Notes under the pieces: model-generated
Told to the model about the DNA's origin: nothing
Seen by the model: only the letters and a program-made list of their open reading frames with translations
Databases searched by the model: none
Assembly (NCBI GenBank): GCA_040387375.1
Contig: JAZKDW010000011.1
Coordinates: 94,837 to 158,836, forward strand
Direction of reading: 5' to 3'
DNA: 64,000 bases
DNA from: Pseudomonadota bacterium
GTDB lineage: Bacteria; Pseudomonadota; Gammaproteobacteria; Burkholderiales; Burkholderiaceae_D
In this document: positions 18,001-27,641 of the stretch, in pieces
How the letters are laid out: every line of letters begins with the position of its first letter
How positions within the stretch are numbered: the first letter of the stretch is position 1
Translations under genes and position numbers: made by a program

Positions 18001-20954
18001 TCGATAGAGCCTATGCGTTTGATATTGTCGTCATTTTTCTTCTCGAACACCCCTATCTCGGGAAAATGAATCACCTGCGACACCGGAAGCGGGTCCGGCG
18101 CGGCAAGTTCAGGCATGGCAACAACAGGAGGCGGCGCCGGTTCGACTGCGAAAGTGGCTTCTTCAATATGGAAAGCGGCCATATCGGCATCGGACATCTG
18201 TCCTTCTTCGACCTGCGGCAGCGCCAACGCGCCATCCGCCTCATATGCCAGGGCGGCGGATGGGCTGGCATCAGGCAGCGACGTTTCTATCTCGATCTCG
18301 ACCTCGATCCCGGATGCGGCAGGCACGTCGACATTCTCTTCAAAAGAGAAGGGTTCTCCTGCCTTGACACGTTCAGCTGCGCTGACCAGCGATGCCGCGG
18401 TACGCTCTGAATTGCCGTTCGAGCGAAGCTCCGTTACCCAAGCCCCCAACACCTCGGCCGCCTTGTCGATCAAAGCGAAAATATCCGTTGATCCGCCGAG
18501 ATTCTCAGACAACCTCAGATTCAGTATTTGCTCAATACTCCAGGCCGCATCGCCAAACGCCATCAGGCCGACCATTCGGCCGCTCCCCTTGAGCGTATGA
18601 AATGACCTGCGCAGCGTCGTCAAATGATCCTGGTTGTTCATCGCGTCGCGCAGTGCGGGCATCGTCTGTGTCACGCAGGCCAGCACTTCATCAGCCTCCG
18701 ACAGAAAGATCTCGAGCAGTTCGGCGTCAATCGCCTCATCCGTGTCGGGCACTACGACCGTGGTGAAGGGTTCGACCACGGCGGCACTGGCGGGCGCAAC
18801 GGCACTGACCGGCGTAATTTGCGCCGCGGCGGCGGGAGGGGCGTCCGCTTCAGACCTTGTGGTTGCACCTGCAATCGCGGCGCTGATCTCCGTCATGGCC
18901 GCTTCGGAAGCGACAAAATCCGGTCCGTTCATGATATTCATCGCGGCTTGCGCCCGTTTGCCGGCGTCGGCATCTTCCACCAGGGCGGCGTCTGAACGGA
19001 TACGCGCCAGCGATTCTTTCAACTGCTTCTGCAGATCCGGATTGTCCGGGGTGGCATGCAACGACTTGGCCAGCGCGGCGGATAGCTGCTGGTGGCGAAG
19101 CATGTCGGCCTCGACAGTGGGCATCTCCCAATCGCCGGAAGCGTCGGGAGGGAGTTCAGAATTCTCGATCGGCGAATCAGAATCCACGTCAATTCCTATA
19201 CCGGAAGTTGAGTCAAGTACTATGTTTTTTTTTTGAAGATTGGCGTGAAACACACCACTTGCGTCATCGAATAAAAAGCGCTTTTTTACACCTTCCGAAT
19301 GAAGTTGCAAGGTCTCTATGAAAAAGCTGAGCGCACCGATATTCTGGGCCACATGCTGGAACTCCCCTGAATTCGGGACCGCATCAGCCTCAGCATCGAT
19401 AAACCTTTTTACAGCGGCGCGGGTATGCCGTACCGCACGAATCGCATCGTTTTCATCGAGTATTGCCAGCGCTCCCTCGATCTGATGCAATATCGCATCG
19501 ACGGGGCCAAGCGCTGCGCGTCTGGCGGGTGCGCTGAAAAACTCATCGAGCATCTTTTCAACCTGCCCAAGACTCGATTGCATTTCAACGGCCAACACCG
19601 TGATGGTTTGCCTTTGTTGCGCTTCGCGCGAGATATCGTCAAGCCATTCAGCTGACTGGGCCGGCTCCTTGCCGGCGACAATCGACGCCAGCCTTGCCGT
19701 CATCGCATCTGCGCGTTCGGAAAAATCTTCGGACAGGCGGCTGGGGTGGTTCAACGCATTTTCAATGAATAACAGGCTGGTTGCGATCTCGAGCCCCAGA
19801 GTGGCGCCCAAACCTGAACGGGCGGCATGTTGCGCAACCCCGCGAACCTGGTGCAGCAATTTGGAAAGAGAGGATGATCCCAGCTTTGAGCCGGCTTCAG
19901 TCAAGCCGTCCATTTCCTGCTCAAATGATTCCGACACCCCTGCTTCCCCACCTGCAAAACGGTTCCAGATGTTCTTCGCCGCCGACAGTTTCTCCTTGGC
20001 GATCAGTAATGATTCGGCATCAATTTTTCCGTAGCGTTTTTCTGTGTAATCCCCTGGCACCTGGCCTTCAAGCTGATAAGCGGCGCGGATCTGCTGCGCG
20101 CGCAACGGTGGCGCTTTTGCTTGTGCTATGAAAAACAATGCGTCGCGCAGCAGTCGTTCCGCAATGCCGGACGAGCCTTCGCTCATACGCTGAATCTGCA
20201 GGTTGATCCGCGCGAAAAGCTGCTTCACATACAGTTCCCTGGATATTTTTCCGGATGCCACAACTTCCGCAAATCCACCCATCACCCACCAGAAGCCCCT
20301 TAATGCCTGATTGCTCTGGGCGCGCTCGATTTCAGCAATCACCTTGCCCAACGCGGCTGCGTTCGCGCTTTCGGGGGTGTCCTTGGCCTCTTTGAGAAAT
20401 GGCAACAGCGCCTTCTCAAAACTGCGGCGCAATGCGGCGTAGTCAAGCGCTTGATCAGAAGGGGGCGCCAGCGGCAGTTGCGGCCGGATCGCCAGGTTAG
20501 GGAAAAACAGGTCGGCAGGATGAATCCGTTCCGCGCCACGGAATTCCAGCAAGGATTTGTAATAGGGGAACAGGCGAACCGGTTGATGGGCCTCACCTGC
20601 CAATAATTCTTCCAGATACTCAAGCACTGCCTGATAGGTATTGGAAATTGACTGCGCCAGTTCCTGTGTCAGCTTGAGCTTGCCTGACTCCAGCCTGTCG
20701 AGCATCTCCTCCACCGTTTCGGTAAGGATCGCAACGCCATCCACATCGACCATTTGCAGCGCGCCGTGCGCCTGATGTAAATAGGTCTTTGCATGGCGCA
20801 GTGCAGTCGACTGCGCTTCGCTGTCCAGAGGCACAGCATCCTGGATCGTCGTCATTGAGCGGGTGAGCGCTTCGCGAATTTCACCCATCACCCAGGACAA
20901 CGGGCCAGTATCGAAATTGTCCCGAACATTTTGATCGGAAGCATTGGTAGTCAT
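15042..20954 (-). CDS. chpA: ChpA/PilL-type hybrid CheA histidine kinase (multiple Hpt domains, kinase core, CheW-like domain, C-terminal receiver)
   Basis: 1970-aa ORF. It has canonical Hpt motifs (FHTLKGSGRMVG, HAAHSLAGSSATIG, LHTIKGSARMAG) plus degenerate N-terminal ones (HQAHGALQMV, HQIEGALAIL). It also has a CheA ATPase core (LLRNSIVHGIE..GRGVGMDVV) and a receiver (VMVVDDS..LVDIEMPRMDG). It lies downstream of pilGHIJ. Confidence 0.9.
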   Translation of the reverse strand: MTTNASDQNVRDNFDTGPLSWVMGEIREALTRSMTTIQDAVPLDSEAQSTALRHAKTYLHQAHGALQMVDVDGVAILTETVEEMLDRLESGKLKLTQELAQSISNTYQAVLEYLEELLAGEAHQPVRLFPYYKSLLEFRGAERIHPADLFFPNLAIRPQLPLAPPSDQALDYAALRRSFEKALLPFLKEAKDTPESANAAALGKVIAEIERAQSNQALRGFWWVMGGFAEVVASGKISRELYVKQLFARINLQIQRMSEGSSGIAERLLRDALFFIAQAKAPPLRAQQIRAAYQLEGQVPGDYTEKRYGKIDAESLLIAKEKLSAAKNIWNRFAGGEAGVSESFEQEMDGLTEAGSKLGSSSLSKLLHQVRGVAQHAARSGLGATLGLEIATSLLFIENALNHPSRLSEDFSERADAMTARLASIVAGKEPAQSAEWLDDISREAQQRQTITVLAVEMQSSLGQVEKMLDEFFSAPARRAALGPVDAILHQIEGALAILDENDAIRAVRHTRAAVKRFIDAEADAVPNSGEFQHVAQNIGALSFFIETLQLHSEGVKKRFLFDDASGVFHANLQKKNIVLDSTSGIGIDVDSDSPIENSELPPDASGDWEMPTVEADMLRHQQLSAALAKSLHATPDNPDLQKQLKESLARIRSDAALVEDADAGKRAQAAMNIMNGPDFVASEAAMTEISAAIAGATTRSEADAPPAAAAQITPVSAVAPASAAVVEPFTTVVVPDTDEAIDAELLEIFLSEADEVLACVTQTMPALRDAMNNQDHLTTLRRSFHTLKGSGRMVGLMAFGDAAWSIEQILNLRLSENLGGSTDIFALIDKAAEVLGAWVTELRSNGNSERTAASLVSAAERVKAGEPFSFEENVDVPAASGIEVEIEIETSLPDASPSAALAYEADGALALPQVEEGQMSDADMAAFHIEEATFAVEPAPPPVVAMPELAAPDPLPVSQVIHFPEIGVFEKKNDDNIKRIGSIEISLPLHNIYLAETDELSRLLSNDLAEWRHEPERGVNILAVHAAHSLAGSSATIGFEPLQEVAQAFEMVLQTLARQPVPVTAAEYDMLERGVACVKQMLQMFALGEMPAHEPQRVRELERLRQDFVIRAKKIESDTRASVLASNEADAEHLALLVERRADDSVPGSSAPDDKEEELSALAVQEQEQEQEVMISRDLTPQDDLDKDLLPVFLEEGSDILPQMGLLLRSWKQEPAATNFAPQLLRLLHTIKGSARMAGAMALGQHMHEMESRVEKITHAATHSPDAIEELLGRLDLGLHLFDQLQNPAAVNPAAGKSGVPHEAPQPRDAVKPLAAVTGNVLVTPAPLESMASVRGVAPSGANVPMVRVRADILDRLVNQAGEVSISRSRVETEIDTLRLSLSELTENVSRLRGQLREIEIQAESQMASQMAHSVDREFDPLEFDRFTRLQELTRMMAESVNDVASVQQNLSRTVDGATIDLSAQGRLTRDLQQDLMRVRMVQFASISERLYRVTRQASKEIGKRINLDIRGSAVEIDRSVLEKMAGPFEHLLRNSIVHGIESAEERLAAGKSETGELLVEIRQEGNEVVIQFSDDGQGLHLDRIRQKAKATGLLTDDSETSDAQLKDLIFHPGFSTAHEVTELAGRGVGMDVVRSEAAALGGRISIVSEEGKGAKFTIQLPLTLAVTQVVLLSTGGTTYAVPSVLVEQVQQLKANPLAAAYNEGAVTWQNNRVPMFYLSTLLGDLNATPLAQQYSPMVILKSGHDRVAIHVDEVIGNREVVVKNIGPQLARMVGVAGATVMGSGDIVLILDPVPLAQRTNQNTARLPRAQGMGAAGDMGAVAEMALPTAAVAKAQPVQGLRTQHIVMVVDDSLTVRRVTQRFLAREGYQVVLAKDGVDALEQLQSITPDVMLVDIEMPRMDGFDLTRNVRSDERTRHVPIIMITSRTATKHRNYAMELGVNEYLGKPYQEADLLRIVGEFANKKTPVE

Positions 20955-21253
20955 GACTGCCTCGTGGGTTCAAAAGATGACAAGCCCGACCAGCAGCTGA
21001 TCACCACGCACACTTAATGGGCCATACACATGGAACCAAAAGCCCATGCGAAACGAAAACAAAACTAAAATCTGATGCCAGTATATTGCCCTAAAGTAAC
21101 ATACAACGCCATATTTTCCCGCCAGGCCAGCCAACGCTTCATTGCCATGGCGGTTATGCTCCGAAGACAGTCATCTTTGTCAGTTCCGCTACTTCATGGC
21201 TCGCCTGACTGAATGATCGGCCCATCTCCATAGGATGGCGGCAGAGTCGACGA

Positions 21254-23566
21254 TCAGGCAGCGACCCGGAAACGTGACACGGAATTCTTGAGCTCCTCAG
21301 CCAGCTTGGAAAGTTCTCGAATTGAATGTGCTGTCTGCTGCGTACCCTGCTGCGTTTGTTCGGTTACGGTCAGAATATTCTGAATATTCTGCGCGACGCC
21401 GCTAGCCGAGGTCGCCTGCTGTTCGGTCGCCGATGATATTCCCTGAATCAATTCAGCCAGTTGATTGGACACACGCCGGATATCGGACAGGGCCGCGCCT
21501 GCCGCATCGGACAGTTTGGCCCCTTCAACCACACCCTGCGTCGATTTTTCCATAGCGGCGACTGCGTCATGCGTATCCGTCTGAATGGTGCGAACCAGGG
21601 CGCCGATCTGCTTGGTCGCTTCGCCGGAACGTTCGGCAAGCCGCTGCACCTCTTCGGCAACCACCGAAAAGCCGCGTCCTGCTTCACCGGCGGATGCTGC
21701 CTGAATCGCAGCGTTCAGCGCCAGCACGTTGGTCTGTTCGGTAATGTCGGAAATCAGCTCGGTGATTTCACCAATCTCCTGTGAGGATTCACCCAAACGC
21801 TTGATCCGTTTGGACGTCTCCTGGATTTGCTCGCGGATCTCGTTCATGCCCTTGATCGCGTTTTCCACGGCCTTTGAACCCTGCTCCGCGGCAGTCACCG
21901 ACTGGCGCGCCACCTCCGCCGATTCGTTGGCTGATTTTGAAACATCGGTAATCTGCACCGCCATGTCGAGCACAGCTTGGCCGGTTTCCTGAATCTCCCG
22001 CGATTGTTTGTGCGAGGCGGCGAGCAGTTCGGACGAAATATTTTGCGCCTGGTTGGAGGCGAAAGTCACTTGTTCTGCGGTATTGGTCACACGTCCGACC
22101 AGACCGCGCAATTCTTCCACCGTGTAGTTCAGCGAATCGGCAATCGCGCCGGTAATATCCTCGGACACCGTCGCCTGGACCGTCAAGTCGCCGTCTGCCA
22201 CTTCCTGCAATTCATTCATCAGGCGCAAAATCGCAGCCTGGTTCTGGTCATTGGCATTCTTCGCTTCTTCCTCCTGCAGTTGTGCCTGCAGTCGTTGCGC
22301 CTCCGCAGCTTCGCGACGCAAGTCCGCTTCCGCCGTTCGATTGCGGCTGTCCTGCACCAGGGCCAGCGCGATGCCTGCAGCGGAAATCAGCGCCAGCAAT
22401 GCGCATGACAGCATCGCCCAGTATGTCCATGGCAAGGCGTCTTCCTCAGCCCGATAGGCTTTTTGCAACTTGCTCAGTTGTTCCTTCAATGTTTCGTTTT
22501 CCGTGAAAATAAGTTGCTCGGATTGTTTGGCGGCGATGAAATTTTGCAGATTTCCAAGAATGCTGGCCACCGATTTCTGGTACTCGGCAAAGACGATCTG
22601 CAACTCGCTTAATTTATCGCGTGTATCTTGGTCCTTGGTCGCTGACAGCCGCAAGACATCGCTGCCGGTCAGGAATCCATCGGTGATATCCCGGAATGTA
22701 TTGGTGTCTTTGCCCAGCAAGAACGCTGTCTCCGGATTCACGCCTTCCGAGGTCAGGAACTCATTGGCACTGCGGCCAAGCCGTTGGGTCAGCATGACGA
22801 GTTGTCCGGACGCGGAGATTTCCCTTGGCGATGCGCCGCCCTGCGCCTTCAAGGTGGCAATCTGCTCGGTCAATTCAAGCAGGGCAGGAGAAAGTGAATT
22901 GAGTTTTTGCAAGGTTGCGCCAAAACCGGCCAGTTCCTTCTCCAGCTTGAGAATGGTTGCAGAAGCCTTGTCGGAATTGGTCCAGACCTTGCGTGTCTCG
23001 TTCAGCATGCCCGTCAACGCACCGGTAGGCGAATCAATCTCACGGCCTTGATATATTCCGCCTTCGGAGAGCACTTTCAAATCGGCGTTAAATTCCTTGC
23101 GGCTGTCTGCCAGTTGCGTGAATGCCTTGAGATTGCCCTGAATCGCATTTGGCGCTGCCTTGCCTATCCGCTGCGAATGCATCAGCGCATCACCGGCAAT
23201 TTGCGTTTGGGTGGACCTGACGGTTGACGCACTGGAATTGAGCCAGACGAAAATCGTGCCCAGAACGAGAGCGCCGCCGAGCAGCAGCAGAAGCAGACGT
23301 ACTTGTCTCTGCAGCGGCAGGCGGCCGATCAACGGCAGTCGAATCTTGCCGGTCTTTTCTAATGCATCGCCGAGGAAAGTGGCATTTTTAGCAGATGAGG
23401 ACGCAGTACGCCCGCCATTGGAGGGCTGCTCGGATCCGGATGCATGCCTGGTACTTGCCGCGTTCGCCGGATTGGCGGCCATGGAGAGATCATGGGCAAT
23501 GACGCCAGCCTGTCCGGCAGATTCTGCACGTTTGCCCTTGGAAAAGAACGGTAGATTAAATGCCAT
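21254..23566 (-). CDS. pilJ: Methyl-accepting chemotaxis protein PilJ
   Basis: It has an MCP signalling hairpin ([38 protein letters not shown]) and two TM segments. AGGAGA lies 7 nt upstream of the ATG at 23566; the track start at 23587 is slightly long. Confidence 0.9.
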   Translation of the reverse strand: MAFNLPFFSKGKRAESAGQAGVIAHDLSMAANPANAASTRHASGSEQPSNGGRTASSSAKNATFLGDALEKTGKIRLPLIGRLPLQRQVRLLLLLLGGALVLGTIFVWLNSSASTVRSTQTQIAGDALMHSQRIGKAAPNAIQGNLKAFTQLADSRKEFNADLKVLSEGGIYQGREIDSPTGALTGMLNETRKVWTNSDKASATILKLEKELAGFGATLQKLNSLSPALLELTEQIATLKAQGGASPREISASGQLVMLTQRLGRSANEFLTSEGVNPETAFLLGKDTNTFRDITDGFLTGSDVLRLSATKDQDTRDKLSELQIVFAEYQKSVASILGNLQNFIAAKQSEQLIFTENETLKEQLSKLQKAYRAEEDALPWTYWAMLSCALLALISAAGIALALVQDSRNRTAEADLRREAAEAQRLQAQLQEEEAKNANDQNQAAILRLMNELQEVADGDLTVQATVSEDITGAIADSLNYTVEELRGLVGRVTNTAEQVTFASNQAQNISSELLAASHKQSREIQETGQAVLDMAVQITDVSKSANESAEVARQSVTAAEQGSKAVENAIKGMNEIREQIQETSKRIKRLGESSQEIGEITELISDITEQTNVLALNAAIQAASAGEAGRGFSVVAEEVQRLAERSGEATKQIGALVRTIQTDTHDAVAAMEKSTQGVVEGAKLSDAAGAALSDIRRVSNQLAELIQGISSATEQQATSASGVAQNIQNILTVTEQTQQGTQQTAHSIRELSKLAEELKNSVSRFRVAA

Positions 23567-23669
23567 TACTGATTCTCCTAATACCAATTACATTGCGCCC
23601 AGGCTTAGAGCGATTTGCGAGTCCGCACACCGACTCGCAAACCGCTCTAGTGCCTATCTTGACAGGCAC

Positions 23670-24263
23670 TTACAACCTGGCAGCTAATAAACCAACATGC
23701 AGAAATTGCGGGTCTTGCACGACCAAAGACAGGTTGAGTTCTGTCCAGACTTGCGATTCTTGATCGATATAACGCCGGGTAGCCCATCGCGCACCCTCTT
23801 CATCCGGCCCAATGGACTGGACCTCCATTTCGGCAACGTTTCGCAAGCCCATGACACGTGAAACCAGCAAGCCGCTGTTGAAGGACAACGCGGGGGCGAA
23901 CGCTACGATGCGGCTATTCTTGTCGACAATCGATGGCGCGAGACCTTGAAAACGCGCGAAGTCGATGACACTGATCAGATTGCCCCGCAAGTTGGACAGA
24001 CCGAGGAACCACTCCTGGGTCAGGGGAACCGGCGTGATTGGGCCGACGGAAACGATTTCACCAGCCTCTTGCAGATTCAGCAGCCAGCGGCTTTGGTCTA
24101 TCATGATGCCAAGCTGGTTGACGCGCGCGTCAACGCCGCTGCGGGCGGCCTGCATGCGCTCAACCAGTTGGGATTGAAATTCCCGCAGACGCGAGCGGCG
24201 CGCAGCCGTATCCGGCTTCCTGAAAACCTTATCCGACAAACCGTCTGAGGGCGTTTGCGTCAT
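23670..24263 (-). CDS. pilI: CheW-like coupling protein PilI
   Basis: 197-aa ORF with a CheW-domain pattern (LGLSNLRGNLISVIDF..). It is positioned between pilH and pilJ. Confidence 0.8.
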   Translation of the reverse strand: MTQTPSDGLSDKVFRKPDTAARRSRLREFQSQLVERMQAARSGVDARVNQLGIMIDQSRWLLNLQEAGEIVSVGPITPVPLTQEWFLGLSNLRGNLISVIDFARFQGLAPSIVDKNSRIVAFAPALSFNSGLLVSRVMGLRNVAEMEVQSIGPDEEGARWATRRYIDQESQVWTELNLSLVVQDPQFLHVGLLAARL

Positions 24264-24272
24264 GGAAGTGAA

Positions 24273-24638
24273 TTATCCCAATGCCGCAATTTTTGCCAGT
24301 AACTCCTGCGGGTCGACCGGCTTGACGATATAGTCGCGCGCACCTTGCCGCAATCCCCAGATGCGGTCAGTTTCCTGACCCTTGCTGGTGCAGATAATGA
24401 CAGGCACGTCCTGGGTTGCCGGGTCGCGCGTAATGGCACGGGTAACCTGGAAGCCGTTTTGCCCTGGCATGACAATATCCATCAGGATCAGTTGCGGCTT
24501 GTCGGCCTTGATTTTTACCAGCGCTTCTTCACCGTTCTCCGCGGTGGAAACCGAAAACCCGTTCTTGATCAGAATGTCCGAAAGAAAATAGCGTTCTGTC
24601 GGAGAGTCGTCGACGATGAGAATTTTTTGTATGGCCAT
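24273..24638 (-). CDS. pilH: CheY-like response regulator PilH
   Basis: 121-aa single receiver domain (ILIVDDSPTE..LILMDIVMPG..ICTSKG). It is the second receiver of the pilG-pilH pair. Confidence 0.85.
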   Translation of the reverse strand: MAIQKILIVDDSPTERYFLSDILIKNGFSVSTAENGEEALVKIKADKPQLILMDIVMPGQNGFQVTRAITRDPATQDVPVIICTSKGQETDRIWGLRQGARDYIVKPVDPQELLAKIAALG

Positions 24639-24659
24639 AAAAACCTTAGATTCAAAAAA

Positions 24660-25061
24660 TTACCTGGGAAGCGCAGGAGCCGTATGTTCACGCACTGTTT
24701 TTAACAGGCTGTCTTTGGTAAATGGTTTGGTGAGATAGGCATTGGAGCCGACCATGGCGCCGCGCGCACGGTCGAATAATCCATCTTTCGAGGAAAGCAT
24801 GATGACGGGCGTTGTGTGGAATTTGGCGCTTTTTTTTATCAGCGCGCAGGTTTGATACCCATCCAGCCTGGGCATCAATATGTCGCAAAATATCAAGGCT
24901 GGCTTGTGGTCATTCATCTTGGCAAGTGCATCGAAACCATCGTCGGCAAGTACGACCTGATAACCTGCCTGCCCCAGAAAAATCTCCGCTGATCGCCGGA
25001 TCGTGCTGCTATCGTCGATCACCATAATCTTCAGGCTGACATTTTCTGTCAAAGTTGTCAT
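24660..25061 (-). CDS. pilG: CheY-like response regulator PilG
   Basis: 133-aa receiver (IMVIDDSSTIRR..IFCDILMPRLDG..YLTKPF), closely PilG-like. It is the first gene of the cluster. Confidence 0.85.
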   Translation of the reverse strand: MTTLTENVSLKIMVIDDSSTIRRSAEIFLGQAGYQVVLADDGFDALAKMNDHKPALIFCDILMPRLDGYQTCALIKKSAKFHTTPVIMLSSKDGLFDRARGAMVGSNAYLTKPFTKDSLLKTVREHTAPALPR

Positions 25062-25232
25062 TACGTCACCCCGTTAAACGAACTTCAATATACGGCGCAA
25101 CTGTAACAAAAAGCAAGATGGTTGAGCACAACGTTGCGCCTATGGTTTCCTACAGCGTGGTTTTTTTGCGAAACATTATCGAAATGCCAGCGAACCATTA
25201 CGACTGGCAAATTCAATCACGCAAAGACGATT

Positions 25233-25427
25233 TCAGATGCTGACCATTTCAAAATCTTCCTTGCGCGCACCGCATTCGGGACAAGTCCAGTTCATCGGCA
25301 CTTGCTCCCAACGGGTGCCGGGTGCAATGCCTTCTTCGGGCAAGCCGGCGGCTTCATCGTAGATCCATCCGCAGATCAAGCACATCCATGTCTTGAATTC
25401 TTCATTTGCTGTTTCGTTAGTGCTCAC
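25233..25427 (-). CDS. Rubredoxin
   Basis: 64-aa ORF with two CxxCG knuckles (CLICGWIYDE and CPECGARKEDF). Confidence 0.9.
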   Translation of the reverse strand: MSTNETANEEFKTWMCLICGWIYDEAAGLPEEGIAPGTRWEQVPMNWTCPECGARKEDFEMVSI

Positions 25428-25480
25428 GGCTGACTGCCCTTCAAGTAAAATGCAAAGTCAGTTATCTTAATCTACTCGCT

Positions 25481-26323
25481 GTGCAAAACCAAACTTCTCC
25501 GCTTATTTTGACTTTCGGCGCTGCCGACCCGGTCGGCGCCATCGGCATTCAGGGTGATCTTGCTTCATTTGCCGCAATGGGTTGTCACGGCTTGTCCGTG
25601 ATCACCGCTCTCCTGATTGGCGACACCACCGGCATTGAAGACGCGCAAATCATCGATCCCGACTGGGTGGCGGACCAGGCCCGCGTGATACTGGAGGACA
25701 TGCCTGTTTCCGCGTTCAAGGTAGGGGTCGTCGGCAGCATCGAAAACGTGTCGGTCATTGCCGAGATCGTGTCCGACTATCCCGATATTCCGCTGATATT
25801 GGATCCTTTCAGCACGTCGATGCCGGATCCGGGACTCGACAGCGAGGACTTGCTGGTCGCCATGCGTGAATTGCTGATTCCCCAGACCACCTTGCTGCTG
25901 GTATCGGCTGTCGAACTGGCGCGCCTTGCCGAAACCTGGCGTGAACCCTCCACCGAAGATACGCTGACGCTGGATGCGATGCGCATCATCGAGATGGGTT
26001 GCGAATTCCTGTTCGTGACCGGCACCCCCTCCGATGCACATGACGTGACCAACATGCTGTTTAACGAATCCGGCATGGTGCGCCACGATCACTGGCAACG
26101 GCAATCGGGCTCGTTCGGCGGCGCCGGCAACACGCTGTCGGCGACGATTGCCGCGATGCTTGCCAATGGGCTGGATGTGCCGGAAGCGGTGCTGGAGGCG
26201 CAGGAATTCACCATCGCCGCGATCGCTCATGCACAACGCCTTGGCATGGGCAAACTCATACCTGACCGCTATTTCTGGGCGCGCGAACCTGATGACGCTC
26301 CCGGCGCGCCTGACGCCGCATGA
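25481..26323 (+). CDS. thiD: Hydroxymethylpyrimidine/phosphomethylpyrimidine kinase family protein (ThiD-like)
   Basis: 280-aa ribokinase-fold ORF (FGAADPVGAIGIQGDL..KVGVVGS..LILDPF..GGAGNTLSA) with a GTG start. Confidence 0.7.
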   Translation: MQNQTSPLILTFGAADPVGAIGIQGDLASFAAMGCHGLSVITALLIGDTTGIEDAQIIDPDWVADQARVILEDMPVSAFKVGVVGSIENVSVIAEIVSDYPDIPLILDPFSTSMPDPGLDSEDLLVAMRELLIPQTTLLLVSAVELARLAETWREPSTEDTLTLDAMRIIEMGCEFLFVTGTPSDAHDVTNMLFNESGMVRHDHWQRQSGSFGGAGNTLSATIAAMLANGLDVPEAVLEAQEFTIAAIAHAQRLGMGKLIPDRYFWAREPDDAPGAPDAA

Positions 26324-26342
26324 TTTTTACATTGATTGATTT

Positions 26343-27641
26343 ATGACTTCTCAACTCCCAGCCAATAAAAACGATCTTCTTTTCGAACGCGCGCAGCGCA
26401 CTACGCCGGGCGGCGTCAATTCGCCGGTGCGGGCATTCCGCTCGGTGGGCGGCACACCGCGTTTCATCACCCGTGCCGAGGGTCCCTATTTCTGGGATGC
26501 CGAGGACAGGCGCTACATCGACTACATAGGCTCGTGGGGCCCGGCCATTGTCGGCCATGCCCACCCGACCGTGATCAAGGCGGTGCAGGATGCGGCGGCA
26601 CGGGGCCTGAGTTTTGGCGCCCCGACCGAGGGCGAGATCGAGATGGCGGAAGAAATCTGCCGGCTGGTGCCATCGATCGAGCAGGTGCGGCTGGTGTCCA
26701 GCGGCACCGAAGCGGCGATGAGCGCATTGCGCCTGGCGCGCGGCGCCACCGGCCGCGACACCATCGTCAAGTTCGAAGGCTGCTACCACGGCCATGCCGA
26801 CTCATTGCTGGTGAAAGCCGGCAGCGGCTTGCTGACCTTTGGCAATCCGACCTCGGCCGGCGTGCCGGCGGATTTCGCCAGACACACGCTGGTCCTCGAC
26901 TACAACAATCCCCAGCAGCTCGAAGAATTATTCGATCGGATCGGCGACTCGATCGCCTGCGTGATCGTCGAACCGGTAGCCGGCAACATGAACCTGCTGC
27001 CGGCGACACCGGCGTTCCTGCAAACGATGCGGCGGGTTTGCAGCAAGCATGGCGCGGTGCTGATCTTTGATGAAGTGATGTCCGGATTCCGGGTCGCGTT
27101 GGGCGGCGCGCAGGCGATATACGGCGTCACGCCGGACCTGACCGTGCTCGGCAAGGTGATCGGCGGCGGCCTGCCCGTCGCCGCCTTCGGCGGCCGCGCC
27201 GATCTGATGGCGCATCTGGCGCCGCTGGGAGCGGTCTATCAGGCTGGCACCCTGTCGGGCAACCCGGTTGCGGTGGCTGCGGGCATGAGCACACTCAAGC
27301 TGATTCAGGCCGACGGCTTTTATGAGTCGCTGAGCGCGCAGACCGCGAAGCTGGCGCAGGGCCTGTCTGCTGCGGCCAGAGAGGCAGGCTTGACGTTCTG
27401 CGCCAATTCGGTCGGCGGCATGTTCGGCCTGTACTTCGCGGAAAACATCCCGACAAATTATGCCGAGATGATGGCGTGCGACAAAACACGCTTTAATGCT
27501 TTTTTCCACGCGATGCTCGACGCCGGCGTCTATCTGGCGCCCTCCGCATTCGAAGCGGGTTTTGTATCGGCGCGGCATGATGATGCAGTGATCGAAGCGA
27601 CGATCACTGCCGCGCGGGGAGCCTTTGCCGGCCTGGCCTGA
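26343..27641 (+). CDS. hemL: Glutamate-1-semialdehyde 2,1-aminomutase
   Basis: 432-aa class III aminotransferase. The N-terminus ([24 protein letters not shown]), the [11 protein letters not shown] motif and the PLP lysine region ([11 protein letters not shown]) are all typical HemL. Confidence 0.95.
   Translation: MTSQLPANKNDLLFERAQRTTPGGVNSPVRAFRSVGGTPRFITRAEGPYFWDAEDRRYIDYIGSWGPAIVGHAHPTVIKAVQDAAARGLSFGAPTEGEIEMAEEICRLVPSIEQVRLVSSGTEAAMSALRLARGATGRDTIVKFEGCYHGHADSLLVKAGSGLLTFGNPTSAGVPADFARHTLVLDYNNPQQLEELFDRIGDSIACVIVEPVAGNMNLLPATPAFLQTMRRVCSKHGAVLIFDEVMSGFRVALGGAQAIYGVTPDLTVLGKVIGGGLPVAAFGGRADLMAHLAPLGAVYQAGTLSGNPVAVAAGMSTLKLIQADGFYESLSAQTAKLAQGLSAAAREAGLTFCANSVGGMFGLYFAENIPTNYAEMMACDKTRFNAFFHAMLDAGVYLAPSAFEAGFVSARHDDAVIEATITAARGAFAGLA

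Noticed and set aside
20955-21253. Remnant of pilK (CheR) or a small peptide gene between pilJ and chpA
   Set aside because: The gap holds no ORF of 60 aa or more. The only ATG ORF (25 codons, MEMGRSFSQASHEVAELTKMTVFGA) has no SD and no recognisable similarity. I cannot detect CheR-like fragments by eye. It is kept only as a low-interest finding about the gap itself.
25428-25480. Possible TPP riboswitch upstream of the thiD-like gene
   Set aside because: Only 53 bp of spacer is available, and no CUGAGA/ACCUGA-type conserved TPP core was seen.
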